Shown: positions 57,701 through 64,000 of the stretch, in pieces
Position numbering within the stretch: position 1 is the stretch's first letter
Layout of the letters: every line of letters begins with the position of its first letter
Source: Pristiophorus japonicus
Lineage: Eukaryota
Length of the DNA: 64,000 bases
NCBI RefSeq assembly: GCF_044704955.1
Contig: NC_091995.1
Location: forward strand, 56,606,001 to 56,670,000
Direction: 5' to 3'
Program-made: the position numbers and the translations under genes
The notes under the pieces: model-generated
What the model was told of the DNA's origin: nothing
What the model saw: the letters and a program-made list of their open reading frames with translations, nothing else
Databases searched by the model: none

Positions 57701-60700
57701 ACCCCGACACAACACAACACAGAGCCCTGTAAATAAAACCCGACACAACACAACACAGAGCCCTGTAAATAAACCCCAACACAACACAACACAGAGCCCT
57801 GTAAATAAACCCCAACACAGCACAACACAGAGCCCTGTAAATAAACCCCGACACAACACAACACAGAGCCCTGGAAATAAACCCCGACACAACACAACAC
57901 AGAGCCCTGTAAATAAACCCCGACACAACACAGTGCCCTGGAAATAAACCCCGACACAACACAGAGCCCTGTAAATAAACCCCAACACAACACAGAGCCC
58001 TGTAAATAAACCCCAACACAAAACAACGCCCTGTAAATAAACCCCGACACAACACAGAGCCCTGTAAATAAACCCCGACACAACACAGAGCCCTGTAAAT
58101 AAACCCCGACACAACACAACACAGGGCCCTGTAAATAAACCCCGACACAACACAACACAGGGCCCTGTAAATAAACCCCGACACAAAACAGAGCCCTGTA
58201 AATAAACCCCGACACAACACAACACAACACAGAGCCCTATAAATAAACCCCAACACAACACAACACAACACAGAGCCCTATAAATAAACCCCAACACAAC
58301 ACAGAGCCCTATAAATAAACCCCAACACAACACAGAGCCCTGTAAATAAACCCCAACACAACACAACACAACACAGAGCCCTGTAAATAAACCCCAACAC
58401 AACACAGAGCCCTGTAAATAAATCCCGACACAACACAACACAACGCCCTGCAAATAAACCCCGACACAACACAACACAGAGCCCTGTAAATAAACCCTGA
58501 CACAACACAACACAGTGCCCTGTAAATAAACCCTGACACAACACAACACAGTGCCCTGTAAATAAACCCCGACACAACACAACACAGGGCCCTGTAAATA
58601 AACCCCGACACAACACAACACAGTGTCCTGTAAATAAACCCCGACACAACACAACACAGAGCCCTGTAAATAAACCCCGACACAACACAACACAGAGCCC
58701 TGTAAATAAACCCCAACACAACACAACACAGAGCCCTGTAAATAAACCCCGACACAACACAACACAGGGCCCTGTAAATAAACCCCGACACAAAACAGAG
58801 CCCTGTAAATAAACCCCGACACAACACAACACAACACAGAGCCCTATAAAAAAAACCCCAACACAACACAGAGCCCTATAAATAAACCCCAACACAACAC
58901 AGAGCCCTGTAAATAAACCCCAACACAACACAACACAACACAGAGCCCTGTAAATAAACCCCAACACAACACAGAGCCCTGTAAATAAATCCCGACACAA
59001 CACAACAGTGCCCTGTAAATAAACCCCAACACAACACAACACAGAGCCCTGTAAATAAACCCTGACACAACACAACACAGTGCCCTGTAAATAAACCCCG
59101 ACACAACACAACACAGTGTCCTGTAAATAAACCCCGACACAACACAACACAGAGCCCTGTAAATAAACCCCAACACAACACAACACAGAGCCCTGTAAAT
59201 AAACCCCAACACAACACAAGACAGAGCCCTGTAAATAAACCCCGACACAACACAACACAGAGCCCTGTAAATAAACCCCGACACAACACAACACAGAGCC
59301 CTGTAAATAAACCCCAACACAACACAACACAGAGTCCTGTAAATAAACCCCGACACAACACAACACAGAGCCCTGTAAATAAACCCCGACACAACACAAC
59401 ACAGAGCCCTGTAAAAAAAACCCTGACACAACACAACACAGAGCCCTGTTAATAAACCCCGACACAACACAGTGCCCTGTAAATAAACCCCAACACAACA
59501 CAACACCGAGCCCTGTAAATAAACCCCAACACAACACAACACAGGGCCCTGTAAATAAACCCCAACACAACACAGAGCCCTGTAAATAAACCCCAACACA
59601 ACACAACACAGAGCCCTGTAAATAAACCCCGACACAACACAGAGCCCTGTAAATAAAGCCCGACACAACACAGAGCCCTGTAAATAAACCCCGACACAAC
59701 ACAACACAGAGCCCTGTAAATAAACCCCGACACAACACAACACAGGGCCCTGTAAATAAACCCCGACACAACACAACACAGGGCCCTGTAAATAAACCCC
59801 GACACAACACAGAGCCCTGTAAATAAACCCCGACACAACACAACACAGAGCCCTATAAATAAACCCTGACACAACACAACACAACACAGAGCCCTATAAA
59901 TAAACCCCAACACAACACAACACAGAGCCCTGTAAATAAACCCCAACACAACACAGAGCCCTGTAAATAAATCCCGACACAACACAACACAGTGCCCTGT
60001 AAATAAACCCCAACACAACACAACACAGAGCCCTGTAAATAAACCCTGACACAACACAACGCCCTGTAAATAAACCCCGACACAACACAACACAGAGCCC
60101 TGTAAATAAACCCCAACACAACACAACACAACACAGAGCCCTGTAAATAAACCCCAACACAACACAACACAGAGCCCTGTAAATAAACCCCAACACAACA
60201 CAACACAGAGCCCTGTAAATAAACCCCAACACAACACAACACAGAGCCCTGTAAATAAACCCCGACACAACACAACACAGAGCCCTGTAAATAAACCCCG
60301 ACACAACACAACACAGAGCCCTGTAAATAAACCCCGACACAACACAGTGCCCTGTAAATAAACCCCAACACAACACAACACAGAGCCCTGTAAATAAACC
60401 CCAACACAACACAGGGCCCTGTAAATAAACCCCGACACAACACAACACAACACAGAGCCCTGTAAATAAACCCCGACATAACACAACACAGAGCCCTGTA
60501 AATAAACCCCGACACAACACAACACAGAGCCATGTAAATAAACCCCGACACAACACAACACAGGGCCCTGTAAATAAACCCCGACACAACACAGAGCCCT
60601 GTAAATAAACACCGACACAACACAGCGCCCTGTAAATAAACCCCGACACAACACAACACAGAGCCCTGTAAATAAACCCCGACACAACACAACACAGGGC

Positions 60701-62450
60701 CCTGTAAATAAACCCCGACACAACACAACACAGGGCCCTGTAAATAAACCCCGACACAACACAACACAGAGCCCTGTAAATAAACCCCGACACAACACAA
60801 CACAGAGCCCTGTAAATAAACCCCGACACAACACAACACAGAGCCCTGTAAATAAACCCCAACACAGCACAACACAGAGCCCTGTAAATAAACCCCGACA
60901 CAACACAACACAGAGCCCTGGAAATAAACCCCGACACAACACAACACAGAGCCCTGTAAATAAACCCCGACATAACACAACACAGGGCCCTGGAAATAAA
61001 CCCCAACACAACACAGAGCCCTGTAAATAAACCCCAACACAACACAGAGCCCTGTAAATAAACCCCAACACAACACAACACAGAGCCCTGTAAATAAACC
61101 CCGACACAACACAGAGCCCTGTAAATAAACCCCGACACAACACAACACAGAGCCCTGTAAATAAACCCCGACACAACACAACACAGGGCCCTGTAAATAA
61201 ACCCCGACACAACACAACACAGGGCCCTGTAAATAAACCCCGACACAAAACAGAGCCCTGTAAATAAACCCCGACACAACACAACACAACACGGAGCCCT
61301 TTTCAATAAACCCCAACACAACACAACACAGAGCCCTATAAATAAACCCCAACACAACACAGAGCCCTATAAATAAACCCCAACACAACACAGAGCCCTG
61401 TAAATGAACCCCAACACAACACAACACAGAGCCCTGTAAATAAACCCCAACACAACACAGAGCCCTGTAAATAAATCCCGACACAACACAACACAGTGCC
61501 CTGTAAATAAACCCCAACACAACACAACACAGAGCCCTGTAAATAAACCCTGACACAACACAACACAGAGCCCTGTAAATAAACCCCGACACAACACAAC
61601 ACAACGCCCTGCAAATAAACCCCGACACAACACAACACAGGGCCCTGTAAATAAACCCCAACACAACACAACACAGAGCCCTGTAATTAAACCTCAACAC
61701 AACACAACACAGAGCCCTGTAAATAAACCCCGACACAACACAACACAGTGCCCTGTAAATAAACCCCGACACAACACAGAGCCCTGTAAATAAACCCCGA
61801 CACAACACAACACAGAGCCCTGTAAATAAACCCCGACACAACACAACACAGAGCCCTGTAAATAAACCCCGACACAACACAAAGCCCTGTAAATAAAACG
61901 CAACACAACACAACACAGAGCCCTGTAAATAAACCCCAACACAACACAGAGCCCTGTAAATAAACCCCGACACAACACAACACAGAGCCCTGTAAATAAA
62001 CCCCGACACAACACAGAGCCCTGTAAATAAACCCCGACACAACACAGAGCCCTGTAAATAAACCCCAACACAACAAAGAGCCCTGTAAATAAACCCCAAC
62101 ACAGCACAACACAGAGCCCTGTAAATAAACCCCGACACAACACAACACAGAGCCCTGTAAATAAACCCCGACACAACACAACACAGAGCCCTGTAAATAA
62201 ACCCCGACACAACACAACACAGAGCCCTGTAAATAAACCCCGACACAACACAACACAGAGCCCTGTAAATAAACCCCGACACAACACAGAGCCTTGTAAA
62301 TAAACCCCGACACAATACAACACAGAGCCCTGTAAATAAACCCCGACACAACACAACACAGAGCCCTGTAAATAAACCCCGACACAACACAACACAGAGC
62401 CCTGTAAATAAACCCCGACACAACACAACACAGAGCCCTGTAAATAAACC
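6714..62450. repeat. ~55.7 kb minisatellite/satellite, consensus 36-bp unit AGAGCCCTGTAAATAAACCCC(G/A)ACACAACACAACAC, with 26/31/41/46-bp variants differing by ACACA pentamers
   Basis: Directly visible. The 12-aa periodicity in the minus-strand ORFs (CCVVSGFIYRAL, CCVGVYLQGSVL, CRGLFTGLCVVL) confirms 36 bp. Roughly 1,600 units (length divided by ~35 bp, estimate). No N gaps or foreign insertions noticed. Confidence 0.99.
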
Positions 62451-62489
62451 TCACTTACATTGTACAACATGAGTAAGAGGCCTTTATTA

Positions 62490-62693
62490 CTGGCGATTAC
62501 CAATTTAAAGTACAGAATGTGTCCCCTTTTTAAATGGGCACAATCAATCAAGACTGTAAATTAAAAAAAAGTTATATTGAAACTGAAGAAATGAAATAAA
62601 AATTCTCTATGTGGTTGTGACAATGCTGTCCAGTCTCTGCGATGCCCAACGGTCGCGGAAGGCCTGAGTGGTCCTCTTGTGCTCCATCTCCAG
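62490..62693 (-). mobile_element. Probable degenerate 3' end of a Tx1-clade non-LTR retrotransposon (ORF2 C-terminus plus 3' UTR)
   Basis: Minus frame 62693-62607 reads LEMEHKRTTQAFRDRWASQRLDSIVTTT*. This resembles the LExEH...AFRxRWAxQxL C-terminus I recall from Tx1-like ORF2 proteins. It is followed by a T-rich tract and an imperfect hairpin TGTGCCC-ATTTAAAAA-GGGGACACA (~62518-62542). Recall-based, not searched. Confidence 0.5.
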
Positions 62694-62854
62694 TCATTAA
62701 TAGGGTAAGTCCCAGTCCCAATGCCAATCCTCCCTCTCCCAGTCACACCAGCTCTTTCGAAACCAACCAGTCGCAAAAATAACCAGCTGAGTGAATGAAT
62801 GCAGCATCTCATTGGTCAGATACTTATCATAACTCACTGTGATAAAATCATCAT

Positions 62855-64000
62855 CACTGACAGACTGAGGGAGAGGGGCCCGGGGTAACCCATCCACTGA
62901 CATACTGAGGGAGAGGGGCCGGGGTAACCCACCCACCTACTGACAGACTGAGGGAGAGGGGTCGGGGTAACCCACCCACCCACTGACAGACTGAGGGAGA
63001 GGGGCCCGGGGTAACCCACCCACCCACTGACAGACTGAGGGAGAGGGGTCGGGGTAACCCACCCACCCACTGACAGACTGAGGGAGAGAGGCCCGGGTTA
63101 ACCAACCCACTGACAGTCTGTGGGAGAGGGGCCGGTGTAACCCACCCACCCACTGACAGACTGAGGGAGAGGGGCCCGGGGTAACCCACCCACCCACCCA
63201 CTGACAGACTGAGGGAGAGAGGCCCGGGGTAACCCACCCACTGACAGACTGAGGGAGAAGTGCCCGGGGTAACCCACCCACCCACTGACAGACTGAGGGA
63301 GAGGGGCCCGGGGTAACCCACCCATCCACTGACAGACTGAGGGAGAGGGGCCCGGGGTAACCCACCCACTGACAGACTGAGGGAGAGGGGCCCGGGGTAA
63401 CCCACCCACTGACAGACTGAGGGAGAGGGGCCCGGGGTAACCCACCCACCCACTGACAGACTGAGGGAGAGGGGCCCGGGGTAACCCACCCACCCACTGA
63501 CAGACTGAGGGAGTGGGGCCCGGGGTAACCCACCCACCCACTGACAGACTGAGGGAGAGGGGCCCGGGGTAAACCACCCACCCACTGACAGACTGAGGGA
63601 GAGGGGCCCAGGGTAACCCACCCACCCACTGACAGACTGAGGGAGAGGGGCCCGGGGTAACCCACCCACTGACAGACTGAGGGAGAGAGGCCCGGGGTAA
63701 CCCACCCACCCACCCACTGACAGACTGAGGGAGAGGGGCCCGGGGTAACCCACCCACCCACTGACAGACTGAGGGAGAGGGGCCCAGGGTAACCCACCCA
63801 CCCACTGACAGACTGAGGGAGAGGTGCCCGGGGTAACCCACCCACCCACTGACAGACTGAGGGAGAGGGGCCCAGGGTAACCCACCCACCCACTGACAGA
63901 CTGAGGGAGAGGGGCCCGGGGTAACCCACCCACTGACAGACTGAGGGAGAGGGGCCCGGGGTAACCCACCCACCCACTGACAGACTGAGGGGGAGGGCCC
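62855..64000. repeat. 40/44/48-bp GC-rich minisatellite ACTGACAGACTGAGGGAGAGGGGCCCGGGGTAACCC(ACCC)n, truncated by the window edge
   Basis: About 26 tandem copies; length varies by ACCC tetramers. Confidence 0.97.

Noticed and set aside
6714-62450. CRISPR-like array (constant 36-bp repeat)
   Set aside because: No unique spacers, no cas genes, and a spliced vertebrate gene context.
6591-62551. Dozens of long Cys/Val/Leu-rich minus-strand ORFs (up to 1996 aa) and the + strand NKPRHNTTQSPV ORF
   Set aside because: The 36-bp consensus has no stop in any minus frame. The ORFs overlap in all three frames and swap phrase at 31/41-bp units, so there is no frame preservation and no coding signal.
62700-62820. 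CCAAT/ATTGG motifs as an MHC SXY promoter Y-box
   Set aside because: No convincing S/X boxes or ISRE, and no downstream signal-peptide exon in phase 1.
62697-62936. Trp-rich ORF (...GWFRKSWCDWEREDWHWDWDLPY)
   Set aside because: Starts inside the minisatellite, Trp richness comes from a short TGGGAC-like iteration, and no family is recognisable.

Overview
Vertebrate genomic DNA, most likely a cartilaginous fish judged from protein similarity; nothing in it is prokaryotic. The window holds four exons of one MHC class I heavy-chain gene on the minus strand: alpha1 (6426-6686), alpha2 (5996-6268), alpha3 (1334-1595) and connecting peptide/TM (202-306). All have canonical phase-1 GT-AG junctions. 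As assembled, alpha3 carries two 1-nt deletions, both in homopolymer contexts (pseudogene or consensus error). No leader exon or cytoplasmic exons are visible. About 87% of the window (6714-62450) is one uninterrupted ~55.7 kb minisatellite of a 36-bp unit (+/-5 bp ACACA steps). It starts 27 nt from the alpha1 splice acceptor, so it apparently fills intron 1, and it shows nested higher-order duplications up to ~10 kb. Every other intron has its own unrelated tandem repeat. A short AT-rich island past the array has a probable Tx1-type LINE 3' remnant, followed by a 40-48 bp minisatellite. Nearly all long ORFs in the supplied track are repeat artefacts. I see no evidence of a new multi-gene system. 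The best leads are the satellite-filled intron and an alpha1 domain with a remodelled N-terminal pocket paired with a classical-type alpha2.
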